64,000 nt of DNA from an uncultured Desulfatibacillum sp. (GCA_964570965.1 CAZNAX010000002.1:20095-84094), one strand, 5' to 3'; counted from the stretch's first letter, positions 9,025 through 18,489 are shown. Notes: generated by a model from the sequence alone, not told the origin. Numbers and translations: made by a program.

Positions 9025-10024
9025 CAGGCATGGGGCCGGGTGGGTCAAGGCCCGTGGTTTCGCAGACGATGAAACGCGGGCGCTGCCGCACTTCGATGAT
9101 GATGCGGCCGACATACTCACCCAGAACGCCGAGATAGACGAACAGCAAAAAGAAAAGCAGCGATATGACCATCAGGGTCGAGGCCCAGCCGGGGACGATC
9201 CCCCGTCCGAAGATTTTTCCGAAAAAGGCATAGAGGAGACTGAGAAGCGAAACCAGGCTGCCGATCAATCCGATGAGAATTCCGATTCGCAAGGGCGTGA
9301 TCGAAAAAGAACTCACCCCGTTCCAGGCAAGCCGGACCATTTTTTTTAAATTGTATTGCGAGCGGCCGCACGCTCGCTGGCCGGCCTGGTAGGGGATGAC
9401 GCAGGACGGAAAGCCGATCCATTCGGTGAGCCCGCGCAGGAAAAGCCCCTCCTCCCTCAACCGCAACAGTTCGTTCAGCGCTCGGCGGTCGAGCAGCCGG
9501 AAGTCTGCCAAGCCGGGCTGCAGGTTGACGCCGCTCAGCACCGAAAAAAGCCGGTAGAAGGCCCGCGATGTCCAGCGCTTGAACCAACCGATCTGGCAGT
9601 CATCCTGCCGCATGGTCTTTACCACTTGAAACCCCGCCTGCCAGCGTTCCAGCATCCTCGGAATCATTTCCACCGGATGCTGCAGATCGCAGTCCATCAT
9701 GATCACGGCATCGCCCGTAGCGGCCTCCAGACCCGCCAGGAGCGCATACTGGTGGCCGAAATTGCGCGACAGTCGCACGCCCCGGACGCCGGGGTCTTGC
9801 GCCGCCAACGCGCAAATGGCGGACCAGGTGGCATCCCGGCTGCCGTCATCGGCAAAAATCAACTCCCAGTTTCGGGCGCCCGCCTGCGGCAGTATCGCGG
9901 CGATCTTCTGGTAAAGCAGAGGGATATTCTGCGATTCGTTGAATGCCGGGACGACGACGCTGACCCGCGGCGTGCGGCTGGCGGGCTGATGGCGGAGTGC
10001 TGTCGTTTCGAGTGCGGTCGCCAT
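9005..10024 (-). CDS. Family 2 glycosyltransferase, polyprenyl-phosphate sugar transferase type (ArnC/GtrB/DPM1-like)
   Basis: Start ATG at 10024 (MATALETT...). Motifs VSVVVPAFNE, ADDGSRD and MMDCDLQHP (DXD), with two C-terminal TM helices (ITPLRIGILIGLIGSLVSLL, LMVISLLFFLLFVYLGVL). The upstream half of the 682-aa track ORF is a spurious overlap. Confidence 0.85.
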   Translation of the reverse strand: MATALETTALRHQPASRTPRVSVVVPAFNESQNIPLLYQKIAAILPQAGARNWELIFADDGSRDATWSAICALAAQDPGVRGVRLSRNFGHQYALLAGLEAATGDAVIMMDCDLQHPVEMIPRMLERWQAGFQVVKTMRQDDCQIGWFKRWTSRAFYRLFSVLSGVNLQPGLADFRLLDRRALNELLRLREEGLFLRGLTEWIGFPSCVIPYQAGQRACGRSQYNLKKMVRLAWNGVSSFSITPLRIGILIGLIGSLVSLLSLLYAFFGKIFGRGIVPGWASTLMVISLLFFLLFVYLGVLGEYVGRIIIEVRQRPRFIVCETTGLDPPGPMPDDAIRR

Positions 10025-10053
10025 GGGCTTAGCGGGGCCTCCGGGCCGGAAAA

Positions 10054-11208
10054 TCATCCGGCCCAGTAATGGTGCACGAACCGGGTGATATTCAGGGCCA
10101 AGAGCAGGGTCGAAGCGAATATCCAGGCATTGCGGGCAAGGGTCGAGCGGGTCCCGGCCCCGATCAGGTAAATGGGGAACATCACCATGGCATACCGGGC
10201 AATCCCCAGAGCGGTGCCGGTGCTCAGGGCCACCGCCAGCGAAACCAGCATGTACAGTCCGTAGGAGAGCCGGAAGCGCCTTAATGCCATAATGGCGAAG
10301 ACGATTGCCAGAAGGGTGAAGGACAGGTCGAGCACCGTGTGGACCAGATCGGGGTGGTTGCGGATCACCAGGTATTCCTCCAGGTCCGATTTGAAATCCC
10401 GGCCGAAGGTTTTCTGAACCTGGAGATAAAGGAAAAAATTCCCGAACACGATCCAGTGGTGCAGGAAAAAGGCGGTGATGCCGATCGGAGCCAGCGCCAG
10501 CGGCCAGACCCGCACGGTGAACAAGGCCCGCCATCCGTAGGCCTGGGCAAACTCGACGACCAGCACGACGAACAGGAACACGCCGGCCACGCGGGTGGCG
10601 GACGCCAGGGCCGCGCAGGCGCCGGCCAGGATAAAATTGCGCTTCAGGGCGAAAAACACCACTGCCAGGGAAAGAAACAGGAACAAGGACTCGGTGTAGA
10701 CGGCATTCAGGTAAAAGGCCGTTGGGAAAGTCAGTAGAAAAAGTGCCGGCCGCGTCGGGTCGATGTCGGAATGAAACTCTTGAGTGAGCCGGGTCAGCAT
10801 GGCGACCGCCAAGGCCAGAAAGACGCTGCTGACGATCCAGCCGGCCAGGACGAGGTTTCCGTTGGTCAGACACCCCACCAACCGCACCAGCATCGGGTAA
10901 AGCGGAAAAAAAACGACGTTGGCCTGCTTTCCCTCGCCGCGCAGGTAGTAGCCCTTCTCGGCGATGTCGAGGTACCAAGCCGCGTCCCAACGGTTGTGCA
11001 AGTCGATGATGTTCCAGCTTGGCTTGATCGTATAGATTTCCGGCGAGATCCACGACAACGCCGTGTCAAGTTCGATGTTCAGACGATTCAGCGCCATGAG
11101 GGCGAAGATGTTGACGATGACGAGCCAGACCGCAACCAAGGCCAGGTTATGGCAGACCGGCGGGGCACCAAAAAACGATCGCAAGGTGTATTTGAGGGAG
11201 TGAGCCAT
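10054..11208 (-). CDS. Polytopic membrane glycosyltransferase, GT-C fold (PIG-V/mannosyltransferase-like)
   Basis: Start ATG at 11208 (MAHSLKY). The motif RWDAAWYLDIAEKGYY...NVVFFPLYPMLVRLVG is followed by about 9 hydrophobic helices. Confidence 0.55.
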   Translation of the reverse strand: MAHSLKYTLRSFFGAPPVCHNLALVAVWLVIVNIFALMALNRLNIELDTALSWISPEIYTIKPSWNIIDLHNRWDAAWYLDIAEKGYYLRGEGKQANVVFFPLYPMLVRLVGCLTNGNLVLAGWIVSSVFLALAVAMLTRLTQEFHSDIDPTRPALFLLTFPTAFYLNAVYTESLFLFLSLAVVFFALKRNFILAGACAALASATRVAGVFLFVVLVVEFAQAYGWRALFTVRVWPLALAPIGITAFFLHHWIVFGNFFLYLQVQKTFGRDFKSDLEEYLVIRNHPDLVHTVLDLSFTLLAIVFAIMALRRFRLSYGLYMLVSLAVALSTGTALGIARYAMVMFPIYLIGAGTRSTLARNAWIFASTLLLALNITRFVHHYWAG

Positions 11209-11345
11209 GTTTTGAAGATTCAGGCCGCACGTAACTGGATGCACCCTCACCGGGGGTATGTGCCCAAGGCGCACGGCGTCTGATTTGCTTGCAAAATAGC
11301 GGAAAGGGTTTTTTGAGTCAACGGGATTCGACGGCGCATCGACTC

Positions 11346-12149
11346 TCAGGGATGAGTTTTCAAATTGAGCTCTACACGCCAGGACCGGCCGCCGTCGTTG
11401 ACAATGATGTCGTCCTTGCGGATCTGGGTGACGCTGAATCCTTCCACGGATTCACCCTCCTTGACGATGTGGCCATTGACCACGGCCAAGCGCCGTGAAG
11501 GATCCCCCGCCCAGGCGATCGCCATCACCTTAAGCTTGGATTCATCCAGGCGGCTCAGGCTGTCATCGGCTGTCCGGGGGGGTTGCGGGCGGTTCTTGTC
11601 GGATCGCTCCGAGGGGGACGTCAGGCTCCGAGCCGAGGACGGCCGCACCTCGGCCGGGGGAGGCGAGGAGGCTTCCCGCGGGCGCACGCGGCTGGTCGGT
11701 GGCGGCGCCTGGACCGTAGATGCCGAATGGGCCAGCGGGGACCCCGGGGCCGGGGCCGGCGCGGCTTCGCGCGGTTGTGCAGAAGGAGGTGCGGCTTGGG
11801 GTTGTACGGTTCGCACCGGTGGAGAAGCGGCCTGTGCGGTTGGATCAGGCGGCCGCGGAGGCAATTGGGCACGAACTTCTTTTGCCGGGCCGGGGGTCGG
11901 AGGTAGGGTGGCCTCGGGCCCCCACCAGAAATAGGCCGCGCCAGCGACGGCCAAAACCATCCCAAACGACAGCAGATAAACCCGGTTTTTATCTGAAATC
12001 CATCCGCTTCGTATCCCGGAAGACCGAATCGAATGCGCTTCCGGAGGCAACGATGGATGCAGCGGAGTTTCTCCGGCTTGGCCGGATTGCTCAACTCTCC
12101 TGAGGGCTTTAAGGATCGAGCTCAAATATGGTTTCCTCCTCCGGTTCAT
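11346..12149 (-). CDS. gspB: GspB/ExeB-like type II secretion accessory protein (Pro/Ala-rich linker)
   Basis: N-terminal SSILKALRRVEQS (GspB-type), a single TM helix, a long Pro-rich spacer, and a C-terminal LKVMAIAWAGDPSRRLAVVNGHIVKEGESVEGFSVTQI domain. It lies directly downstream of exeA. Confidence 0.7.
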   Translation of the reverse strand: MNRRRKPYLSSILKALRRVEQSGQAGETPLHPSLPPEAHSIRSSGIRSGWISDKNRVYLLSFGMVLAVAGAAYFWWGPEATLPPTPGPAKEVRAQLPPRPPDPTAQAASPPVRTVQPQAAPPSAQPREAAPAPAPGSPLAHSASTVQAPPPTSRVRPREASSPPPAEVRPSSARSLTSPSERSDKNRPQPPRTADDSLSRLDESKLKVMAIAWAGDPSRRLAVVNGHIVKEGESVEGFSVTQIRKDDIIVNDGGRSWRVELNLKTHP

Positions 12150-12169
12150 CCGGTTCAGGGTCCGGGCAT

Positions 12170-13927
12170 TTATTGGCCGGTCAGTCGCGGGATTTCAAAA
12201 GATTTCCCCTCGCGATAAAGGACGATCTTGGTCAAAGCACCGACGATACCGTCAACCGGAAGCCCGTACCTGGCTTGAATCTGCTCAATCGCTTTCTGCG
12301 TAGCCGGGTCATAATCGCGGCTTAAAGGCAGGTTCTTATGCCCGATCTCGCGCAGAAGCATTTTCAGTGCAACGATGGAATCCGCCGGCGCGTTGACGGG
12401 GATCGTCCCTTCAATCGAAAGAAAATTCTTCCAGAGAATGTAGGCGACGCCGGACCAACTCTGATCGAATTCGCCGGCAGGGATGGCCAGGGCCGGCTGC
12501 CCCGCCGCCTTCAGCAAGATCCGATCTCCGCTGGCGCCGGAAAGGACCAGATAACCGGGCGACCGTTGCGCGTCGGTTCGAAATTCGAGGATGGCGGGCA
12601 TATTGAGGTTGCGCAGCACATGGAGGTCCGCCTCGATGCGTTGAATGAAGAATCCCGCTGCCTTGGCGGACAAATTGAAAAAGGTCGAATCGTCGTCAAG
12701 GCCTTCCAGATAAGGCTTCGACTCCCCGATCGCCCCCCAGGCGTCCAGCGTTTCTTGAAAGGCCGTTCGGCGCGATATGCGTCCGTCCATCTGCTTTAAC
12801 AGGTCGGACAGTCGAGAGTCCCCGGCACTGGAGCCGGCGGGCACCTCCGGGCGAGCGGAAAGCGTTCGCGCCGTCGTCGCCTTCGCATTGGCGCTGGCTG
12901 CGTCTCGGGCATCGGGCGGGAAGGAGGGTGAGTTGTCGGCGATGGCGGCGGACGCATCGACGCCCGGGCCGGAATCACGCGTGGCCGTCGGATTCATGAA
13001 GCGCATCTGGAACGCGTCGCCCAGCGGTTTGCGGTAGAGAAGGGCTGCTGCTAACGCACAGATCAGCAAAAACAAAGCCAGCGCCCGGCGTCCGTCCATC
13101 AGGCCGGCGTTGGACGTGCGGCCCCGATGGGCCATCTCGGACAGTATGGCCTTGGCGATCCGGCGGGTTACCTTGCGTCGATTCATGCCGAAGGCAGCGA
13201 TCAGGGCACGATCGCAGGCGATGTTGATCACCCGCGGGATGCCCCCGGAATAGGCGTAGATCTGCCGCATTGCGCCCGGTTCGAAGAGCGGTAATCGCTT
13301 TTGCGAAGCGATGTTGAGGCGGTACTGAATGTATTCCTCGGTTTCCCGCAAGCTCAGCGGCGAGATCTGGTAGCGCAGCGAAATGCGCTGGCCGATCTGG
13401 CGCAGGTCGTACGAATCAAGCATCGCCGCCAGTTCCGGTTGTCCCACGAGAATGATCTGAAGCAGCTTTTCCTTGTTGGTTTCCAGGTTTGATAACAGCC
13501 GCAGTTGTTCGAGCACGGTCTTGCTCAGGTTCTGAGCCTCATCGATCAGAACGATAACCTTTTTGTGTTCTTGCTTTTTCTGCAGGAGGAAATGGTTGAG
13601 CTTGTCGATCAAATCCTTGGTGTCGTCGGCGCCGTACTGGAGGCCGAATTCGTCGCCGATGCTTCGTATGAGCTGCTTCGGGCCCAGCTTCGGGTTAAAG
13701 ATGTAGGCGGCGACGGTCTGGTCGTCTAAACTTTCGAGAAACGCTCGACACAGGGTGGTTTTCCCGGTCCCCACCTCGCCGGTGATTTCAACAAAGCCGT
13801 CTCCCTGAGAAAGGGCGTAGTTTAAATGCGCCAGCGCCTCTTCGTGGCTTCGGCTGAGAAAGAGATATTCCGGATTCGGCACCAGCTTGAACGGTTTCTC
13901 GCGGAATCCGAAATAAGCATTATACAT
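12170..13927 (-). CDS. exeA: ExeA/GspA-family AAA ATPase with C-terminal peptidoglycan-binding domain
   Basis: MYNAYFGFREKPFKLVPNPEYLF..., Walker A GEVGTGKTT, Walker B VLIDEAQ, a central TM segment, and the C-terminal PG-binding motif ATQKAIEQIQARYGLPVDGIVG. The ATG at 13927 is preferred over the TTG at 13939. Confidence 0.85.
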   Translation of the reverse strand: MYNAYFGFREKPFKLVPNPEYLFLSRSHEEALAHLNYALSQGDGFVEITGEVGTGKTTLCRAFLESLDDQTVAAYIFNPKLGPKQLIRSIGDEFGLQYGADDTKDLIDKLNHFLLQKKQEHKKVIVLIDEAQNLSKTVLEQLRLLSNLETNKEKLLQIILVGQPELAAMLDSYDLRQIGQRISLRYQISPLSLRETEEYIQYRLNIASQKRLPLFEPGAMRQIYAYSGGIPRVINIACDRALIAAFGMNRRKVTRRIAKAILSEMAHRGRTSNAGLMDGRRALALFLLICALAAALLYRKPLGDAFQMRFMNPTATRDSGPGVDASAAIADNSPSFPPDARDAASANAKATTARTLSARPEVPAGSSAGDSRLSDLLKQMDGRISRRTAFQETLDAWGAIGESKPYLEGLDDDSTFFNLSAKAAGFFIQRIEADLHVLRNLNMPAILEFRTDAQRSPGYLVLSGASGDRILLKAAGQPALAIPAGEFDQSWSGVAYILWKNFLSIEGTIPVNAPADSIVALKMLLREIGHKNLPLSRDYDPATQKAIEQIQARYGLPVDGIVGALTKIVLYREGKSFEIPRLTGQ

Positions 13928-14284
13928 GGAAAACCCCAACGCGGGAGAAATAAAACAACCCTCCCACCCAGCGCATTTCCACGGAATCAGCGGATGAAAA
14001 CGGGGAAAACGAGGTCGCAGCGCTTGAGTGGTTGTTCTTTAGAGATATTCAGTATTTATCCGAATTTTAAGAAATATGGGCGGTGATGTCAACATGCCCG
14101 TAACCCCGGTACGATGCGTACGGCGGTTCGACCGTGTTCATCTGGATGGATTTGCAGGGATGCGACAGTTTTCCGAGGGTTTTCCGGATGTGGCTGCATG
14201 CAAGGATCGCAGATTAAGTTGCATTCCCAGATATTCACGGAGATGGGGTCGAACGCCAACGGCGGCCGTTACTCGATATGGCGA

Positions 14285-15202
14285 TCATATCAAGCTATAA
14301 CAAAATTTTTCAAAAAGGCGGCGGTTGAATTTTCCGGCTTCCACGTCGTTCTTGAGCAGCTTCAGGGTATCCATCGGGTCCCTGGCGCGACGGTAAGGGC
14401 GCTCTTCGTTCGTCAAGGCTTCGTAGCAGTCGACGATGCCGATCACCTGCCCGCTGAAAGATATTTTTTGGGTCCCCAAGGGGTAGCCGCTGCCGTCCAG
14501 CTTTTCATGGTGTTCGAGTGCACCCATCGCGATATCGTCGCCGAGTCGGTTGATTTCACGGATCAAGCGACTACCGATGACCGGATGGGCCTTGATGATC
14601 TCGAACTCCTCCGCCGTCAGCTTGCGGGGCGCGGAGAGAATTTCAGAAGGAATTCCCGTCTTGCCGACGTCATGCAGCAGCGCCGCTAGGCCCAAGCGCT
14701 TGGTATCTCGCAGCGAAAGGCCAGTGAAAAAGGCATAGCTCAATGTCAACGCCATGACATTGACGGAATGAATGACGGTGGAGTAGTCCTTATTGGAAAT
14801 CGTAGCGAAGGTGCGTAAGATGGAAGGCTGCTTGGAATAGCCGCTGACCAGAATATCCACGGTGGCGGGAAGGGAGTGGAGCATTCCGGCTCGGGGCTCA
14901 GCCAGGGTTTCGGCTACCAAGCCGCAGAGGGTCGACTTGACTGCGGTGACATCGCCGGTTTCGATGCTGCGGGCAATGTCCTGGTTGAAACCCTTGTGGA
15001 CTTCTCGAATCGCCTCCAGGCGGTCAGACTGCTGGATGTAGAGACGCGGACGCATGCCCTCGTCCACGCGGACTTCGTTGATCTCCATTCCGGTCGGCTT
15101 GTACAAGTGAAAAATTTCGGGCGCGGTCTCAGAATAAAGCGCTACTCTCCGGTAGTATCTGATTTGAGAACTTCTGACCGGTATGTAGGATCTGTTTTTC
15201 AC
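14285..15202 (-). CDS. HD-GYP domain protein (putative c-di-GMP phosphodiesterase)
   Basis: Motifs LHDVGKTGIP and HHEKLDGSGYPLG. GTG start at 15202. Confidence 0.85.
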   Translation of the reverse strand: MKNRSYIPVRSSQIRYYRRVALYSETAPEIFHLYKPTGMEINEVRVDEGMRPRLYIQQSDRLEAIREVHKGFNQDIARSIETGDVTAVKSTLCGLVAETLAEPRAGMLHSLPATVDILVSGYSKQPSILRTFATISNKDYSTVIHSVNVMALTLSYAFFTGLSLRDTKRLGLAALLHDVGKTGIPSEILSAPRKLTAEEFEIIKAHPVIGSRLIREINRLGDDIAMGALEHHEKLDGSGYPLGTQKISFSGQVIGIVDCYEALTNEERPYRRARDPMDTLKLLKNDVEAGKFNRRLFEKFCYSLI

Positions 15203-15442
15203 GGGCTTGGCGTTTCGTTGATCTTCATCCTCGAGTCAAACCGGATTCACGTCAATGATGTCATCGGTTGAATCCCGTGAAAAGTTAAGCAATAAAATTA
15301 GGCTCCCCGCGGGGGGCGCCTAGTTTTCAGTTGAACCGATTGAGCAAGTGGTATAGAGCTTTCGGCATGATCGACCTCCGCTGACGCAATCATAGTTCGA
15401 GGGTACCGTTCAGAATTCAGATGACAGAAAGAGGGGCTGGGT

Positions 15443-16123
15443 ATGGCCATCCATTTGGTTGAACGGATTGATGCATGGGTCAAGGTACGACATATCCTGG
15501 TGAGCGTCTCGGACAAGCGTGGGTTGGACGAGTTTGTTCCGGAACTTCTGCGCCTGAACCCGAATCTGCGTATTTTTTCGACCGGCGGCACGTTTTCGCA
15601 CTTGGAAAAAATCCTGGGCGCTAACGCCGGCCGTGCGCTCACCCAAGTATCGGACTACACCGGCCAGCCTGAAACCCAGGGCGGGCTGGTCAAAACGTTG
15701 GACTTCAAAATCTATCTGGGCCTTTTGACGGAGACTTACAACGAAGCGCATCGGGCTGACCTTCAACGCACCCAAAGCGTGCCCATCGACATGGTGGTGG
15801 TCAATCTTTATCCCTTTCGGGAGACCATCGCCCAGGCCGGCGTCACGCTTGAACAGGCGCGCGGCAACATCGACATCGGAGGTCCCTGCATGATTCGCGC
15901 TTCGGCCAAGAACTTCATCCGAGTCGCCGCGGTGGTCGATCCGATCGACTATCCCACGATTCTTTCCGAGCTCAGGGCCAATGACGGCAAAACGGCGTTC
16001 GCCCTGCGTTTCCGGCTGGCCCAAAAGGCCTTTGCACACACCGCCGATTACGACCGTGCCATCGCCGACTACCTGAGCCGGTTATCCGCCGCCGATGTCA
16101 GCGCATGTTATCGGCATCCATAA
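15443..16123 (+). CDS. purH: IMP cyclohydrolase (PurH N-terminal MGS-like domain as a separate protein)
   Basis: Motifs ILVSVSDKRGL, STGGT and VVVNLYPF, with the cyclohydrolase core DIGGPCMIRASAKN. The ORF stops at 16123, ahead of the transformylase ORF. Confidence 0.85.
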   Translation: MAIHLVERIDAWVKVRHILVSVSDKRGLDEFVPELLRLNPNLRIFSTGGTFSHLEKILGANAGRALTQVSDYTGQPETQGGLVKTLDFKIYLGLLTETYNEAHRADLQRTQSVPIDMVVVNLYPFRETIAQAGVTLEQARGNIDIGGPCMIRASAKNFIRVAAVVDPIDYPTILSELRANDGKTAFALRFRLAQKAFAHTADYDRAIADYLSRLSAADVSACYRHP

Positions 16124-16175
16124 CTGAATGGTCCGGTCGAATCATTTTTTGATTCATCGGAATGAGGAGGTATCC

Positions 16176-17426
16176 GTGCCCCAAGACCTCAAGACAATGT
16201 ACCGCACCCTCATGGACGATCACTTCCCGCCGCGTATGGAAATCAGCTTCGTGGACGGGGACCATCGGCAGACCCTGGTTTACGACAAGGCCAGCTGGGT
16301 CATCGACGGTGTCGAGAAGGGTCTGCGCTACGGCGAAAACCCCGGCCAGGAAGCCGCTCTTTACAAGCTGGTCAACGGCAACCTCATTCTCGGACAGGTT
16401 GAAAACATCCAGCCCGGCCGGTACCTGGCCTCGGAGGCCGAGCTGCTACAGTCCGGCAAGCATCCCGGCAAGACCAACATCACCGACGCCGACAACTCCC
16501 TTAATATCCTTCGGTATTTCACCGACCGACCGACCGTGGTGATTGTCAAGCACAACAACCCCTGCGGGGTGGCACGGTCCCAAACGCTTGCGGATGCCTA
16601 TCATAAGGCCAACAGGGCCGATCGCGTCGCGGCTTTCGGCGGCTGCATCGCCTGCAACCGTCCCGTGGACCGGGTTACCGCCGAGGCGATCGCCCAGCAA
16701 TATGCCGAGGTGGTTGTGGCGCCGGATTTCGAGGAAGGGGTGATGGACGTTTTCACTCGCAAGAAGAGCCTGCGGGTGATGCGCATAGCGAATATGGCCC
16801 GCCTGCAGGGCTATGTCGGGCAACGCTTCGTTGAGTTCAAGAGCCTGATCGACGGCGGCCAGATCCTGCAGTGGTCCTTCGTGCCGGTCACCCGCAGCCC
16901 GGCGGACCTGAAGCTTGCCGAGTGTGAGCACAAGGGCCGCCTTTATCGAGCGAAACGAACCCCCATGCCGAAAGAATACGATGACCTCCTTTTCGGCTGG
17001 TTCGTCGAAGCCGGTGTAACCTCGAACTCGGTAATTTACGTGAAGGATCAGGTGACGGTGGGCATCGGCACCGGTGAGCAGGACCGGGTAGGGGTGGCTG
17101 AAATCGCCCGCGACAAGGCCTACCGCAAGCTATCCGACCGCTACTGTTTCGAAGCCCACGGAATTGCCTACAACGACCTGAAGGACGCCGACCAGAAGGC
17201 CGAAATCGACGCCCGCGTGGCTGCCGAGAACGGCGGACTGATCGGCGCGGCCATGGTGAGCGACGCCTTTTTCCCGTTTCGCGACGGAGTGGGCGTGGGC
17301 ATCCGGGAAGGTATCCGTTCAGTGATTCAGCCGGGGGGCTCTGAAAACGACTACCAGGTCATCGAGGCGTGCAACGAGGCCGATGTCGCCATGGTTTTTA
17401 CCGGGCAGCGCAGCTTTAAACATTAG
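16176..17426 (+). CDS. purH: AICAR transformylase (PurH C-terminal domain as a separate protein)
   Basis: Motifs LRYGENPGQEAALY, KHNNPCGVA and GIGTGEQDRV. The GTG at 16176 with GAGGAGG at 16164-16170 is preferred over the ATG at 16128. Confidence 0.85.
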   Translation: MPQDLKTMYRTLMDDHFPPRMEISFVDGDHRQTLVYDKASWVIDGVEKGLRYGENPGQEAALYKLVNGNLILGQVENIQPGRYLASEAELLQSGKHPGKTNITDADNSLNILRYFTDRPTVVIVKHNNPCGVARSQTLADAYHKANRADRVAAFGGCIACNRPVDRVTAEAIAQQYAEVVVAPDFEEGVMDVFTRKKSLRVMRIANMARLQGYVGQRFVEFKSLIDGGQILQWSFVPVTRSPADLKLAECEHKGRLYRAKRTPMPKEYDDLLFGWFVEAGVTSNSVIYVKDQVTVGIGTGEQDRVGVAEIARDKAYRKLSDRYCFEAHGIAYNDLKDADQKAEIDARVAAENGGLIGAAMVSDAFFPFRDGVGVGIREGIRSVIQPGGSENDYQVIEACNEADVAMVFTGQRSFKH

Positions 17427-17454
17427 ACCCGGCATCGCGGATTAGGACTTTACC

Positions 17455-18489
17455 CTACCGCAAGACGTTGGTCATCGCTTTTAAAGTGAAGTCGATATCC
17501 ACGGCCGTAACCTCGTAGTGGGTTACGGCGCGCAGCGTGTGCGTCCCCGAGGCGAGCATGCGCACGCCTTCTTTCTGCAAGGCGGCGACCAGCTCGGCTG
17601 CACTCAGGCCCGATTTAACCACATCGAAATAAACAATGTTGGTCCTGTAACGGCCGGGATCTATCACTAGACCGGATATGTCCGCCAGACCCTCGGCGAG
17701 ACGGCGGGCGTTGGCGTGGTCTTCGGCCAAGCGGTCCACCATTTCATTCAAGGCCACCACACCGGCTGCCGCCAATATCCCTGCCTGACGCATCCCGCCG
17801 CCCAATACCTTTCGGGCGCGGCGCGCTTCCTGGATAAAGTCACTGCTGCCGCAGACAAGCGATCCCACCGGCGCCGCCAACCCCTTGCTGAGGCAGAAGG
17901 ATATCGAATCGGCTTCGCCCGCGAGCTGCCGGGCCGGAACGCCGAGCGCCGCGGCGGCATTGAAAAGGCGCGCCCCGTCGATGTGCAGTCGGATCCCGTG
18001 ACCGCGGGCGATGTCACCGACCGCACGGAGATAGGCCGGCTCGAGAGGAACTCCGCCGCAGAGGTTGTGAGTGTTCTCCAGCGCGATCATCCGGGTACGG
18101 GGGAAGTGGATGTTGTCGCTGCGGATGGCCGCTTCCAGCTCATTCAACGAGAGTTTGCCGTCCGGCTGGTTCGGCACCGTGCGGGGGTGTATGGATGCGA
18201 CGGCCGCGGAGCCGCCCTGTTCATAGTAGAAGCTATGGGCCAGGCTGCCCAGGATCATTTCCTCCCCGCGGCCGCAGTGGACCATCTGGCTGATTAGGTT
18301 CGCCATGGTTCCGCTGGGAACGAACAGGGCAGCCGCCTTGCCCAATCGTTCAGCCGCCATGGTCTCCAGACGATTGACCGTCGGGTCTTCTCCAAAGACG
18401 TCGTCACCGACCTCGGCTTCGGCCATGGCCTTGCGCATGGTAGGGGTCGGCCGGGTCATCGTGTCGGATCTGAGTTCAACATAACGCAT
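17455..18489 (-). CDS. ltaE: Low-specificity L-threonine aldolase
   Basis: Start ATG at 18489 (GGGGGA upstream). Sequence VELRSDTMTRPTPTMRKAMAEAEVGDDVFGEDPTVNRLE...FCLSKGLAAPVGS includes the PLP lysine in SKGL. Confidence 0.85.
   Translation of the reverse strand: MRYVELRSDTMTRPTPTMRKAMAEAEVGDDVFGEDPTVNRLETMAAERLGKAAALFVPSGTMANLISQMVHCGRGEEMILGSLAHSFYYEQGGSAAVASIHPRTVPNQPDGKLSLNELEAAIRSDNIHFPRTRMIALENTHNLCGGVPLEPAYLRAVGDIARGHGIRLHIDGARLFNAAAALGVPARQLAGEADSISFCLSKGLAAPVGSLVCGSSDFIQEARRARKVLGGGMRQAGILAAAGVVALNEMVDRLAEDHANARRLAEGLADISGLVIDPGRYRTNIVYFDVVKSGLSAAELVAALQKEGVRMLASGTHTLRAVTHYEVTAVDIDFTLKAMTNVLR

Noticed and set aside
10025-11053. N-terminal half of the 682-aa track ORF 9005..11053
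   Set aside because: This half is Pro/Arg/Gly-rich and overlaps, out of frame, the well-supported GT-C membrane protein gene. The GT2 domain begins at the internal ATG at 10024 (MATALETT...VVVPAFNE).
15203-15442. c-di-GMP (GEMM-I type) riboswitch upstream of the HD-GYP gene
   Set aside because: I reverse-complemented the leader and found none of the conserved GEMM-I elements as I recall them (GGCAAACC / ACGCAAAGC). Only a generic hairpin remains, and it is reported separately.
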